Below, piece after piece: positions 8,697 through 19,800 of a stretch of DNA of 55,588 bases. The notes beneath the pieces were generated by a model. That model made no database searches. It worked only from the letters and a program-made list of their open reading frames with translations, and was not told where the DNA came from. The position numbers were made by a program, and so were the translations under genes. Source of the stretch: Chitinophagaceae bacterium (GTDB lineage: Bacteria > Bacteroidota > Bacteroidia > Chitinophagales > Chitinophagaceae); the NCBI GenBank assembly GCA_003509845.1, contig DOMR01000275.1, positions 10,473-66,060 on the forward strand, written 5' to 3'. Numbering within the stretch: the stretch's first letter is position 1; the number at the start of each line of letters is the position of its first letter.

Positions 8697-11114
8697 TTAT
8701 TTTAGTGAAACTGTAATTATATATTCTCCTTCGCCTAGTTCAAATTTTCCGGTTTGTACACTTTCTATTTTTTCAGGATTAAAATTTTTATTATTTGATT
8801 TGATTGTGATTTTTTGCGACTGCGTAATAGGTAAAATTATGTCTGCACTACTTTTTGCAGGAATAGTTAATTCGTATTGCACAGTGCCCGACTGTAACTT
8901 CTTCCAGTTGGAAATAATTTTACCGAAGGGTGAGACATAAGAACAGTTTACATATTCCAATGCACCTGGAGTGGACGGACCTATAATAAATTTTTTAAAT
9001 CCTGGATTTTTTGGGTCAGGTCTTATACCTGCCAACCAACGATAGAACCATTCTGTTACCGTTCCAAACATGGGATGAGAATTGGAAAAGGTATCATCAC
9101 TTTCCTTCCAGGTTTCCCACAAAGAAGTGGCGCCATTATCAATCATAAAGCCCCAGCCAGGGTATACTTTACTATTTACAATGTGATAGACAGTATCAGT
9201 AGAGATATTTTCCGAAAGTGCTTCGAGTACATACTTGGTTCCAAAAATTCCGGTGGTAAAATGTCCTGCTGGGCCATTGCGAACCGCACTTAACAAAGAA
9301 TCTTTGGCTGCATTTATTTTATTGGCGGGAATAATTCCATGATAGAGTAAGGTAGAAAATAATGTTTGCCTGTTTATTTTCCCTGTTACCGGCTTATCCC
9401 AGAATTCTGTTTGAATAAGGCCTTTCAACTTTTTTTCTAATCCAGCATACTTCTTTTCACTTGCCGCATCTCCCATTACAACCGCAAATATTTGCATGAT
9501 CCTAGCACATTGTAAATAATGAGCTGTGCCTGTTAATTGCACAGGAACGGGTTGCATTGATTCATGGTCACTCAGTCCATCATTTACTATTCCATCTGGA
9601 TGAATTCTTGCCGCTTTGTCCATCCATTTTTTATTGCGCTCATACATTTCTTTTATCATTGCTGTATCGTTGTAATACAGGAAAAGATTATACTGGGTGA
9701 TGAGAAAAGCAGATTCCCAACTTATCCCGCAATAGTTAATTCCGGTAAATGGCGCCGTATCAACAAACAAAGAATCATTCATCGCATCCACCCAATCATA
9801 AATAGTTTTTCGGTAGAATGATTGCATGTTGAAATTGTAAATAAACGATTCACTAGTTGCATTTAAATCACCGCCATAACCGAATTTTTCTCTTGCAGGA
9901 CAATCAGACTGTACACTGACAAGATTTGAAAGAAATGTTCGTTGCGTTGCTTCCTGAATTGAATTAAGTAATTCAGAAGAAGTTGAAAAGCTATTTTCTT
10001 TTTCAACATTTGAATGAACAAAAAGCCCTTTAATATCAGCAACCGAAGGGATATGATCCAACCCTTTTATTTCCATATACCTATAAACATGGTAAGTAAA
10101 ATCAGGTTTAAACCATGCTTCTTTATCGTCACCGATTATATAGCTATCCCTTTGCCATGCTACATCTGGTGCACCCGGACCACCCACACCTTTTCGTTTA
10201 ATTTGCCCGGCCACTGTTGTCATTGGATTCAATTTTCCATCCTTATAAATTCTTTCTCCAAATCTGAAATGAATGGTGTCGCCTGTTTTTCCAGATAATT
10301 TTATTTTGTAGGTTCCTGTAAAATTGACACCCATATCCACTATATAAATTCCAGCTTCGGGCGAATTTATTTTAATGGGGGTTATTTCATTGGTAATTTG
10401 CACCGGAGGAGAAAAGGCCTCTTGTAATTGTCCGCCCGGAGATGCAACTGTCTTTGCCTCATACCAGGAACGAATGTCATGTCCTACTTTGTTCCATCCT
10501 TTTATTTCTTTGCGTGCATCATAAACAACGCCTAGGTAAACATCGTTTTTAAGCATTGGCCCATAGGTATATTTCCATTTATTATCAGTAACAATAGTTT
10601 CCGTTTTTCCATTTTGATATTTGATAACAAGTTTGGCAAGAAACGCTGGTTTTCCAACAGTCAAATCATTTCTTAAATTTCTTCGACCCCATTTTCGAAG
10701 TGGGAGCGGATTATAAAAACCATTTCCTAATGATACGCCCAAACAATTACTGCCAGAACTTACGAGTGAGGTAACATCATATGATGAATAGTAAATACGT
10801 TTACTAAAGTCAGTCCACCCTGGGTCGAGTTCGTTTTTTCCAACAGTATTACTATTCAAGGTAGCTTTGTAATATCCTGCAGCAGTGATGAAAAGTGTTG
10901 CCTTTTCAATTTTGCTTTTCAATGAAAAATCTTTTCTAAAAAGCGGCGCTGAATGATCAAGATAAAACAAGGAATCGCTAGCAGGAAGTTCACGGCTGTC
11001 ACTAATCCATTGTGCCTTATCATTTTTTTCAAATCCGCCGGTCAGGTTTTGGGCTGAACACCAACTACCCCAAAAAAGTAAAATCAGATTTATTACGAAT
11101 GGTATTTTTTTCAT
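8697..11114 (-). CDS. GH78 alpha-L-rhamnosidase
   Basis: APLFRKDF, SDCPAREKFGYGGD, YPGWGFMIDNGATSLWETW, SNSHPMFG; signal peptide. Confidence 0.92.
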   Translation of the reverse strand: MKKIPFVINLILLFWGSWCSAQNLTGGFEKNDKAQWISDSRELPASDSLFYLDHSAPLFRKDFSLKSKIEKATLFITAAGYYKATLNSNTVGKNELDPGWTDFSKRIYYSSYDVTSLVSSGSNCLGVSLGNGFYNPLPLRKWGRRNLRNDLTVGKPAFLAKLVIKYQNGKTETIVTDNKWKYTYGPMLKNDVYLGVVYDARKEIKGWNKVGHDIRSWYEAKTVASPGGQLQEAFSPPVQITNEITPIKINSPEAGIYIVDMGVNFTGTYKIKLSGKTGDTIHFRFGERIYKDGKLNPMTTVAGQIKRKGVGGPGAPDVAWQRDSYIIGDDKEAWFKPDFTYHVYRYMEIKGLDHIPSVADIKGLFVHSNVEKENSFSTSSELLNSIQEATQRTFLSNLVSVQSDCPAREKFGYGGDLNATSESFIYNFNMQSFYRKTIYDWVDAMNDSLFVDTAPFTGINYCGISWESAFLITQYNLFLYYNDTAMIKEMYERNKKWMDKAARIHPDGIVNDGLSDHESMQPVPVQLTGTAHYLQCARIMQIFAVVMGDAASEKKYAGLEKKLKGLIQTEFWDKPVTGKINRQTLFSTLLYHGIIPANKINAAKDSLLSAVRNGPAGHFTTGIFGTKYVLEALSENISTDTVYHIVNSKVYPGWGFMIDNGATSLWETWKESDDTFSNSHPMFGTVTEWFYRWLAGIRPDPKNPGFKKFIIGPSTPGALEYVNCSYVSPFGKIISNWKKLQSGTVQYELTIPAKSSADIILPITQSQKITIKSNNKNFNPEKIESVQTGKFELGEGEYIITVSLK

Positions 11115-11226
11115 TTTACGAAATCAGTTTTTGATTCATTAAAGATATTACAGCTTCATTATTGCATGCTCCTTCAATATCTTATTTATTTCATTAAACA
11201 CCAGAATTATTTTTTGTGTTATAACT

Positions 11227-12912
11227 TTATTTTTTTCTTTCCTGCCAATTGATTACCCCAACCCGTGATGCCCATTTTTCATATTTCCCAATCATTTGAC
11301 CTGCAATTGCAGGATAAATAGCAGCAAGATTATTTAATTCAGTTCGATCTGCTTCAATATCGTACAATTCCCAATCATTATTTTTTGAAACCAGTTTCCA
11401 TTTCCCATCCCTAAATCCTCGATTTCCTTCGTGCTCCCATCCGATTGGATTATGCTTAAATACTTTGTTTTCAAATACAGGTCTAATGCTTTGACCTTCT
11501 TTCTTAATAATGGAATTGCCAGAATAAGTTTTTGGATACACTGCTCCTGCAACATCGATGCAAGTTGCCATTAAATCGATGATATGTCCTACCTGATTGG
11601 TTATCCTACCTGGTGATTTTATTCCTGCCGGCCAATGTGCAATTAATGGAGTGGAAATTCCTCCTTCATGGATAAAGCTTTTGAACATGCGAAACGGTGT
11701 ATTACTTGCATTTGCCCATTCAGTGGAATAACTCATGTAAGTTTCCTCAGGCCCGGGAAGGCGCGTCATATCATTTCCAGGTTTATAAACTGTGCCATCA
11801 TTTAATTGAAAAGGAAGCTGTAGAGAGCGCCCCCATTTTTCGTTTATTACTTCCGGACTTCCTCCATTATCAGCCAGAAACAAAATAAGTGTATTATCTA
11901 GTTGGTCCGTTTCTTCCAAAGCTTGGAGCACCTTTCCAATTCCCTGATCCATGCGATCAACCATTGCCGCGTATACTTCCATGCATGCAGCCCACCATTC
12001 TTTATTATCAGTATTTTCCCAGGCAGGTACTTCTTTATCTCGATCGCTAAGTTTCCATTTCGAATCAATAATTCCCATTTTCAACATCCTTTCCATTCGC
12101 TCTTCCCTGACTTTGTCCCAGCCTTTATCATATTTTCCTTTGTACTTTTTAATATCTTCCGGTAGTGCATGAAGTGGCCAGTGAGGTGCAGTATAAGCAA
12201 TATAGCAAAGGAAGGGTTTGTCGTCATCTGCTTTTGCGTGATTCCTTATGAATTCATTGGCATGATCACTAATTGCATCGGTATAATAAAAATCTTTGCC
12301 CGCTTCAATCGGGGTATTATTTCTTGTTAATGTAGAGGGGTTATAAAAACTACCAGCGCCATGGATGGTGCCGAAAAATTCATCAAATCCTCTTTGATTT
12401 GGCCAGTTGTGCTTTGACGTATATTTTTTTTTATCTTCCGGGACCCAGGTTTTCCAGTAATCAACACCTTTTGTTAAATGCCATTTACCCGACATGTAGG
12501 TTTTGTATCCGTTGCTTTTGAGCACCTCTGCAATAGTGACACAATTATTGCTGATGTCGCCCGTATAGGAGGGCACTCCCTGATCCACAGTCATAGCGCC
12601 CACTCCTGTCTGGTGCGCATATAATCCAGTCATGAGGGAAGCCCTCGTAGGACAACATCGAGCAGCGTTATAAAATTGTCTGAACCTTACGCCACCATTT
12701 GCCAGTTTATCGATATTCGGAGTTGCAATTTCACCACCATAACTGCCAATGTCAGAAAATCCCATATCATCGGCAAGAATGATAATAATATTTGGTTTTT
12801 TCTGAGCATTTACAACGCTCGAAAAAATTACAAGAGATATAATCAGCGTAAACAATTTTGGTAGCTTTATCAGCTGAACTATTTTTTTCATTATTCTACT
12901 TTTGTTATTCAT
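11227..12912 (-). CDS. Arylsulfatase, S1 family (Cys-type)
   Basis: KPNIIIILADDMG, CCPTRASLMTG, GKWH, YTAPHWPLHA, ADNG, HEGGISTP. The true start may be the second Met (MKKIV). Confidence 0.93.
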   Translation of the reverse strand: MNNKSRIMKKIVQLIKLPKLFTLIISLVIFSSVVNAQKKPNIIIILADDMGFSDIGSYGGEIATPNIDKLANGGVRFRQFYNAARCCPTRASLMTGLYAHQTGVGAMTVDQGVPSYTGDISNNCVTIAEVLKSNGYKTYMSGKWHLTKGVDYWKTWVPEDKKKYTSKHNWPNQRGFDEFFGTIHGAGSFYNPSTLTRNNTPIEAGKDFYYTDAISDHANEFIRNHAKADDDKPFLCYIAYTAPHWPLHALPEDIKKYKGKYDKGWDKVREERMERMLKMGIIDSKWKLSDRDKEVPAWENTDNKEWWAACMEVYAAMVDRMDQGIGKVLQALEETDQLDNTLILFLADNGGSPEVINEKWGRSLQLPFQLNDGTVYKPGNDMTRLPGPEETYMSYSTEWANASNTPFRMFKSFIHEGGISTPLIAHWPAGIKSPGRITNQVGHIIDLMATCIDVAGAVYPKTYSGNSIIKKEGQSIRPVFENKVFKHNPIGWEHEGNRGFRDGKWKLVSKNNDWELYDIEADRTELNNLAAIYPAIAGQMIGKYEKWASRVGVINWQERKK

Positions 12913-12914
12913 TT

Positions 12915-14600
12915 TTATTTGAACGCAGCTTTCTGATTTGTTACGATTGGAACATAACCTACTTCCATACCCTTTGGAGGCGTAACCAATAATGCAGGAT
13001 CAAGTGCCACCAATTCCCCCATGGTAGGCGGAGCCATGTAATCTCTGTCAATAGGCCATTGCGCATGAACCTTTTCAATGAAAGCCTGTAATTTATCTTT
13101 TTTATCTTGGCTCCAGTTGTATTGTTGGAAAGATGGTTGATCAACAAAACGATACCATGAATAGGTAACTTCAGAGCCGTCAATAAGCTTTACTTTGTAA
13201 GGGCCTGCAGCAGCACCGGGATTGGTCCAGGCTCCTTTGCTAGGAGAAGTATAAGGCTCGCCTGGTTTCGCCAATGCAAACTCTTTGTTCAAGAGATTAG
13301 TTTTAGCAGGTACCTCCGAAGCTGGTATTGCCACCAGTTGATCTCCTTCATGCCTGAAATACCTGGGAAATTTTCCAAATTTTTCGGTTTTAGCATCCAC
13401 CCATTTCAATCCCCAAACATTATCGTTGTAAACCTTTGTATCAAATATTTTTTCCACTCCAATAATTTTTTTACCCTCCTGATCATAACCGGGAGTTCGG
13501 GTGGTTAGGTTTGATTTCCAAGCACCCTTTTCATCGAACCGTCCCGAGCAAGGCTCACCGCCATCTCTCCATGCCTTAAATGTTTCATACAATGCTGCTT
13601 TAGAATAATAAACTACATCTTGAACTAGCATAGTCCTGCCTTGTTTATCAACTGGAAATTGCAACTGCGGTATCTTTGAATAGGTCACCCCCTTTTCATC
13701 CTGTGACTCAAAACAAGGTACCGTATTTATTTCCATAGCACCGCCGCCCATATGGCCTGGCTTGGCATCAAGTCCTCGTCCATATATAAAATCATAATTG
13801 AACAGCTTGCCAATCTTGCTCCAGGTTTCAGGAATATAATAAGCTATCGGTCCTTTGAAATTGGCAGCGCTTAAAAAACAAGTCCAGCTTTGGTCTCCCG
13901 TTGGCGGGTCACCATATGTTGGATCTGTAAAAGGTAAAGCCATGTAGGTATATCCTAGGAATTTACCATTTGGATTGTCCTGAAAAGGCAAAGCATCCGG
14001 TGGAATCAGCAACCGATTACTCAATTGCGCAATGCCCAAGCGATTGTCAGGTAAAGCTTCAGTATCGTAAAAAAATGACCAGCCCGGCGAACCCACTTCG
14101 TAATCATAACATTGTGGTGTTGCATTCATACTGAATTTTGGTGGACCATAGCGAAATCGATTTCCGGCCCAATAACCAAGGCCACCTTCGAGGGTTTGAA
14201 AAACACTACTCCAAGTTGGGCCTCGTTTTGGCCAATTGTCACGAGCAAGCGTTCCAATGGGTGCAAGGGGTTTGTCTTTATTGTCGGAATTGTCGGGCGT
14301 AACCCAGGCTCCGGCCAAACCAATCTGAAACTCGGCAAGCGGTTGGGTAATCAATGGCCATACAGCGGAATAAAAGCCCATTCCGTAACTATAGCTTGAT
14401 TGATCAGCCGGCTTGTCTGCATTATAACTGATGTATCCATGCAGACCGCGAGAATGTTCTTTTACAATTCCAGGTCCCACTTTTTGGGCTTTTTCATCCT
14501 GTGCCTCCAACTGATGAGAAGAAAGCAGCATAAAAAAAACAAAAAAAGACCATTGAAAAAACAATGCCTTACCTGTACCCTTAAAAAATTTACAATTCAT
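12915..14600 (-). CDS. Secreted hypothetical protein of unrecognised family (paralog of 1093..2793)
   Basis: 561-aa ORF with a signal peptide ending ...HQLEA/Q. Colinear similarity to the 566-aa ORF over nearly its whole length. Confidence 0.85.
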   Translation of the reverse strand: MNCKFFKGTGKALFFQWSFFVFFMLLSSHQLEAQDEKAQKVGPGIVKEHSRGLHGYISYNADKPADQSSYSYGMGFYSAVWPLITQPLAEFQIGLAGAWVTPDNSDNKDKPLAPIGTLARDNWPKRGPTWSSVFQTLEGGLGYWAGNRFRYGPPKFSMNATPQCYDYEVGSPGWSFFYDTEALPDNRLGIAQLSNRLLIPPDALPFQDNPNGKFLGYTYMALPFTDPTYGDPPTGDQSWTCFLSAANFKGPIAYYIPETWSKIGKLFNYDFIYGRGLDAKPGHMGGGAMEINTVPCFESQDEKGVTYSKIPQLQFPVDKQGRTMLVQDVVYYSKAALYETFKAWRDGGEPCSGRFDEKGAWKSNLTTRTPGYDQEGKKIIGVEKIFDTKVYNDNVWGLKWVDAKTEKFGKFPRYFRHEGDQLVAIPASEVPAKTNLLNKEFALAKPGEPYTSPSKGAWTNPGAAAGPYKVKLIDGSEVTYSWYRFVDQPSFQQYNWSQDKKDKLQAFIEKVHAQWPIDRDYMAPPTMGELVALDPALLVTPPKGMEVGYVPIVTNQKAAFK

Positions 14601-14658
14601 AATTTGATTTTTTTAATAATGATTCTACCTTTCTAAATACCTTAAACTTCCCTATTTT

Positions 14659-16281
14659 TTACTCAGGGACAGCATACTTTTTTTGAATATTTTGCTTACC
14701 CAATTGCCTCACACGCTCAATTCCAATAGGCTGTCTGTTCAGTGGAGCACTTCGACCACTTGATTTTAATTCTTCCAATAATTTTTGAAGTTCCTTGCGT
14801 TTTTCAGCCTCCTTGAAATACAAGTTTGTCGTTTCTCCGGGATCATCTAAAAGATGGTATAATTGTCCCTGCGCATCAGGTTCAGTTTCAGGTAAAGCAT
14901 AGGTCTTAAGAAAGTCCTCTTCGTAATTATTTCCACCAGATCCTTTGTGGTTGATATATTTCCAATTTCCCTGGCGAATCTGAAATTCTCCCCGAAAATT
15001 CTGAGTCAATAAATAAGGCCTGATAGAGCGCTTCACATCTTGCGTCCCAATCATGGCAGGTAACATGTCATAACTGTCCCTGGCATTGGTATCCTTTAAT
15101 TTAAAATCAACGATAGATGCAACTGTTGCAAATATATCGGTGGTATTGATCATCTGGTTAGATTTTAAACCTGCTTGAAACACACCCGGCCAACGAACAA
15201 TAAAGGGAACTCGGTGCCCCCCTTCCCATGCATCACGCTTCATTCCCCTCCACCCTCCAGAAGGATCGTGCCCGTAATCCTGACGCATCCAATTTACGTG
15301 CAATGTTTCGGCTCCATTATCCGCATTAAAAAGAATAAGGGTGTTATCATCAATACCTAAATCTTTCACCAATGCAAGCATACGCCCTACCAGCACATCC
15401 AATTCCCAAATAAAATCACCACGAGGGCCAGCATTTGTTGCCCCGTTGAATTCAGGAGCAGGAAGGACTGGCGCATGTGCAATTTGTGTTGAAAGGACTG
15501 CGAAGAAAGGTTTTTGAGGAGTATTTTTGCGATGCTCAGTTATAAAACGACGTGTTTTTTCATAAAAGATCAAATCCGCTTCCATAAAATTATACCCCGG
15601 CGACTTCCAGCCTTCGTCATTATCCCAAAGCCATTTACCTCCCAAATTGGGAAGATTGGCACTTTTATGTCTTTCGCTTGCAGGTATGGGAACCATATCA
15701 TTCTCGATGTAGATATATAATGGATCGGTATTTGGACAGTTAGGTGTTATATAAGATTCATCAAACCCTTTCGAATTTGGACCATCAATTAAAGGAGTAC
15801 TTTTTTTATAATCAATCAGCAGCGAGTTCTCAAAGCCCCCTTTCAGCACCTGGTTGTTTTTGTCAACCCAGGTAAGTCCTACATGCCATTTACCGAATAC
15901 GCCCGTCTGATATCCTTTTTGCTTTAGCATTTCAGCAATAGTAAGTGTACCGGGTTTTAAATAGCTTGGCCCCCCTGGACCTTCGAAAGCGCCGCCACCA
16001 CCGCCCGTGGACCGATAAATCTGTTGCCCTGAATAAAATCCGTAGCGAGATGGCGAACAAATTGTGGAGGGACTGTGAGAATCGGTAAACATCACTCCTT
16101 CGCTTGCCAATCTGTCCAAATTAGGCGTATAGTATGCCGACTTTTTATTGTAACAAGAAAGATCCCCATATCCCAAATCGTCTACATAAATAATGATGAT
16201 GTTTGGTAAATCCTGTGCAACGGCATCATGGAATCCATGTAACACACAAAAAAAAGGCAACAAGAATTTAAACTTATTCAT
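14659..16281 (-). CDS. Arylsulfatase, S1 family (Cys-type)
   Basis: PNIIIIYVDDLGYGD, CSPSRYG, GKWHVG, ADNG, WEGGHRVPFIVRWP. Confidence 0.93.
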   Translation of the reverse strand: MNKFKFLLPFFCVLHGFHDAVAQDLPNIIIIYVDDLGYGDLSCYNKKSAYYTPNLDRLASEGVMFTDSHSPSTICSPSRYGFYSGQQIYRSTGGGGGAFEGPGGPSYLKPGTLTIAEMLKQKGYQTGVFGKWHVGLTWVDKNNQVLKGGFENSLLIDYKKSTPLIDGPNSKGFDESYITPNCPNTDPLYIYIENDMVPIPASERHKSANLPNLGGKWLWDNDEGWKSPGYNFMEADLIFYEKTRRFITEHRKNTPQKPFFAVLSTQIAHAPVLPAPEFNGATNAGPRGDFIWELDVLVGRMLALVKDLGIDDNTLILFNADNGAETLHVNWMRQDYGHDPSGGWRGMKRDAWEGGHRVPFIVRWPGVFQAGLKSNQMINTTDIFATVASIVDFKLKDTNARDSYDMLPAMIGTQDVKRSIRPYLLTQNFRGEFQIRQGNWKYINHKGSGGNNYEEDFLKTYALPETEPDAQGQLYHLLDDPGETTNLYFKEAEKRKELQKLLEELKSSGRSAPLNRQPIGIERVRQLGKQNIQKKYAVPE

Positions 16282-16703
16282 TTTCTTTTCATTTTTTAAA
16301 TAAGGGTTAATGTCAACTTAGTAGTAAGCGGGGGAATAACTACCTCCCATTTTATCATGGTAACCTTATTTATAAATTTAAATAAAAAAATTGCAACTAC
16401 GCTTACCATTTTTTAATCATTGCTTATTAAATATTATGTTATTGTATAAAATCAGTGGCCAAACTATTAATCTCATTATCATAAAATTATGCTCGAAAAT
16501 TTCTTAAAGAAAAAATATCCTTACCCCTTATATACTAAGTAGTTATTACGTAAATAGTTGGATATATTATTTGATTCAACAGCAACTAAATATAGCGTGT
16601 AAGTGATTGTATCAACTTCAAAAAATTTTATCCAACCTTGATAAAAGATATGCGTAGTAAGTATTGCAATTGAAATGATTGCACTATTGGAAAGTTTTAA
16701 TTA

Positions 16704-16771
16704 TTGATTAATTCCTACAAATAATTGATTAAAATACGTACCTCCTCCGACTACAACTTTCAATAACTTAG
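16704..16771 (+). promoter_or_regulatory. Direct-repeat operator (TTGATTAA x2, 21-bp period) plus -7 promoter element TAACTTAG upstream of susC1
   Basis: TTGATTAA at 16704 and 16725. TAACTTAG at 16764 has one mismatch to the Bacteroidota TAnnTTTG consensus. The geometry is identical to 26221..26288. Confidence 0.65.
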
Positions 16772-16825
16772 AACTTGTAAACTACTTAATTGTGTATTTG
16801 TATTTCATAAAATAAATTTCATTGT

Positions 16826-19800
16826 ATGAAAAAAAATCTATCTTTTCTTGTGATGTTTCTGTTACTGATCGTTGCATCTGGGTCTAACGCTTTTGCTCAG
16901 AAACAGGAATTAAGCGGCACTATTTTGAATAGTGACGGATTACCCATCCAATTTGCCTCCATTCAGGTGAAGGGAACCACTCGTGGTTCAACTTCAAATG
17001 AGCAAGGCGAATTTAAAATTACAGCAAGTCCTGGGGAAGAATTACAGGTTTCTTCAGTGGGTTATGCAACGCGTTTGATTAAAGTTGAAAAAGTCACTAA
17101 GCTAGTGATAACACTTACTAATTCAGGGAATAATTTAGGAGAAGTAGTAGTAACAGCCCTTGGAATTACCAGGGCAAAAAAGACGCTTGGGTATGCTATT
17201 CAAAAAATTGACGGATCGCAACTAGACCAGGCAAAAGATAATAATATTATCAACTCTTTATCTGGTAAAGTTGCGGGTGTACAGGTAACAAGTGGTGGTA
17301 GTGCAACTGGGGCGTCCGCAAAAATAGTTATTAGAGGAAACTCTTCTTTTGGAGCGAATTCACCACTTTTCGTTATTGACGGTGTCCCTATTTATAATAA
17401 TGTTACCAACCTCAATGGCGGGGGTGGAGTAGACTGGGGGAATACTGCGAGTGATATTGACCCTAATAATATTGAATCCCTTACCATACTTAAAGGATCA
17501 AGTGCTACTGCTCTTTATGGAAACCGCGCTACCAATGGTGTAATTGTTATTACTACTAAAAAAGGCAGTAAGAATAAAAAAGCAATTGGAGTAGATTTTA
17601 ATTCATCGGTGATAGTTGATAAGGCTTCCTATTTCCCAGCGCTCCAAAATGAGTATGGTGGTGGAAGGAATGGTGAAGAATTTATTTGGAATAGTTACAA
17701 TAAAAAAAACGGCACCAATCTAACCTACAATGATTATGCGAAAAAATTTGCCTACAATTATGTAGATGGAAGAGGAGGTGGGATTAATGATGGCAACCCT
17801 AACAGTTGGGGACCAAGATTGGATAAAGGGCTTTTGCTTGATCAATGGTACTCAGGCAAAAACAGTGCTTTTGTATCTCACCCAGATAATATCAATGCAT
17901 GGTTTAACCCTGGTGTTACATTTAATAATAGTGTTGCTGTAAGTGCAAACGGAGAAAAAGCATCTGGAAGAATTTCCTATACTAACCAGGATACCAAGGG
18001 TATAGTAGACTTTACCGATCAAAAACAAAATACAATATCGGCCAATATGAATCTGAAGCCTTCAGATAGATTGTCTACAGCTGCTAATTTTACTTACCTG
18101 TCTAAAGAAAGTAATAACATACCGAAAAGTGGTTATGACTGGGCCGGTATATTTGGATGGAGACAAAGAGATTTCCCTACACAATATGCAAAGGATCTTT
18201 TTTATGAGAAAGGAAATGCCGGCTATATTTATAATGCAGACAATCCTTTCTATACATTGAGGAACACTATTGGCTTCAAGAGAGACAGGGTTTACGGAAG
18301 TATTAGCTCAGAATACAAAATAAATAGTTGGCTGAAAGCGAATGGAAGTATGGCAATTGATTTCTATAATGAATTTCGCAAAGAAATTACGCAAGCTGGA
18401 ACAGTAAATAATGTTAGATTAAACCGAGGTGGTCAATTCAGAGAAGAGCAGCAATTTAATCAGGAAAGAAACTTTGATTTTACTTTAAATTTTGATAAGT
18501 CATTTGGTGATTTTCGTGTGGATGGGCTTATTGGTGCTAATAAAAGGGATAACAAATTTAGATCAATGACTTTGTCTGCTGCTGATTTAACGGTTGCTGA
18601 TATTTATGCAATATCCAATGTTAAAGGTACTCCCGGCGTAGGTAATTATTATAGTATGTATGAAACGCAAAGTGCCTATTTTGCTGCCAATGGATCCTAC
18701 AAAGACTACCTCTTTCTTGGTATTACGGGTAGAAACGATTGGAGTTCGACGCTTGCTGCAAATAAAAGGTCCTTTTTTTATCCATCTATTAGTCTCGGAT
18801 TTATTGTTACTGAGGCATTTAAATTAGATTTAGAAAAGATATCTTACTTTAAATTAAGGGCTAGTGTAGCACGCGTTGGGGGTGGTACAGATCCTTATTT
18901 ACTAAGTAGAACCTATGCAGCATCCACTTATAACGCAATCTCTTCTTTTAGTCCAACGAGTGTTTTACCTCCCATTAATCTAGAACCTTTTCAAACGTCC
19001 TCCTATGAGTTAGGGGCTGAAATGAAGTTTCTTAAAAATCGCTTTTCACTCGATCTAACTTATTATAATCAGACTACCGTAAACCAGATAATTAATGTAG
19101 GAACATCCAGAACAACAGGTTACGGCAGCATGACTATGAACGCTGGTGAGATTCAAAACTCAGGTATTGAAATAATGTTTCTAGGAAAGGTGCTTGAAAA
19201 GGAATCAGGTTTGAATTGGGACATCAGTATTAACTGGGCAAAAAACAAAAGTGTGGTTAATTCCCTTTACGGTGGCCTTAGCTCATACCAAATATCAGCT
19301 GGATTCGGAGGTGCAACCTTAAGGGGCATTCCAGGTCAAGATTGGGGCATATTGTGGGGACTTCCTTTTGTAAGAAATGCTGATGGAAAAGTGGTGGTTG
19401 ATAATTTGGGAATACCAAAGACTACTAGCGTAGGTGTAAACCTTGGTTCAGTTACACCAGATTGGAATGGAGGTATTACTAATTCGTTTAGATATAAAGG
19501 TTTCAATTTGAACTTCTTGACAGATGTGAGAATGGGAGGTAAATTTTTCAGTACTACTGCTTGGCATTCTTATCCGACCGGTGCTTATGCAGTAACAACA
19601 AAAAATAATGTTCGTGAAACCGGTTTAATCGTTGATGGTGTATTTGATGATGGGAAACCAAATAATGTCCGTGTATCCGCTCAAGATTATTTTAGTGGGG
19701 GTTGGATGTGGAATAACCATGAATACAGTATACTCGACGGCTCATATGTTAAACTTCGGGAAGTAATTTTTGGATATGATTTTAAACTCAAAAAAACAAG

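Noticed and set aside
16301..16368. Possible structured leader or riboswitch before the left operon (TAAGGGTTA...TAACCTTA, GTAGT...ACTAC)
   Set aside because: Pairings are short and imperfect, with no recognisable aptamer consensus or expression platform.
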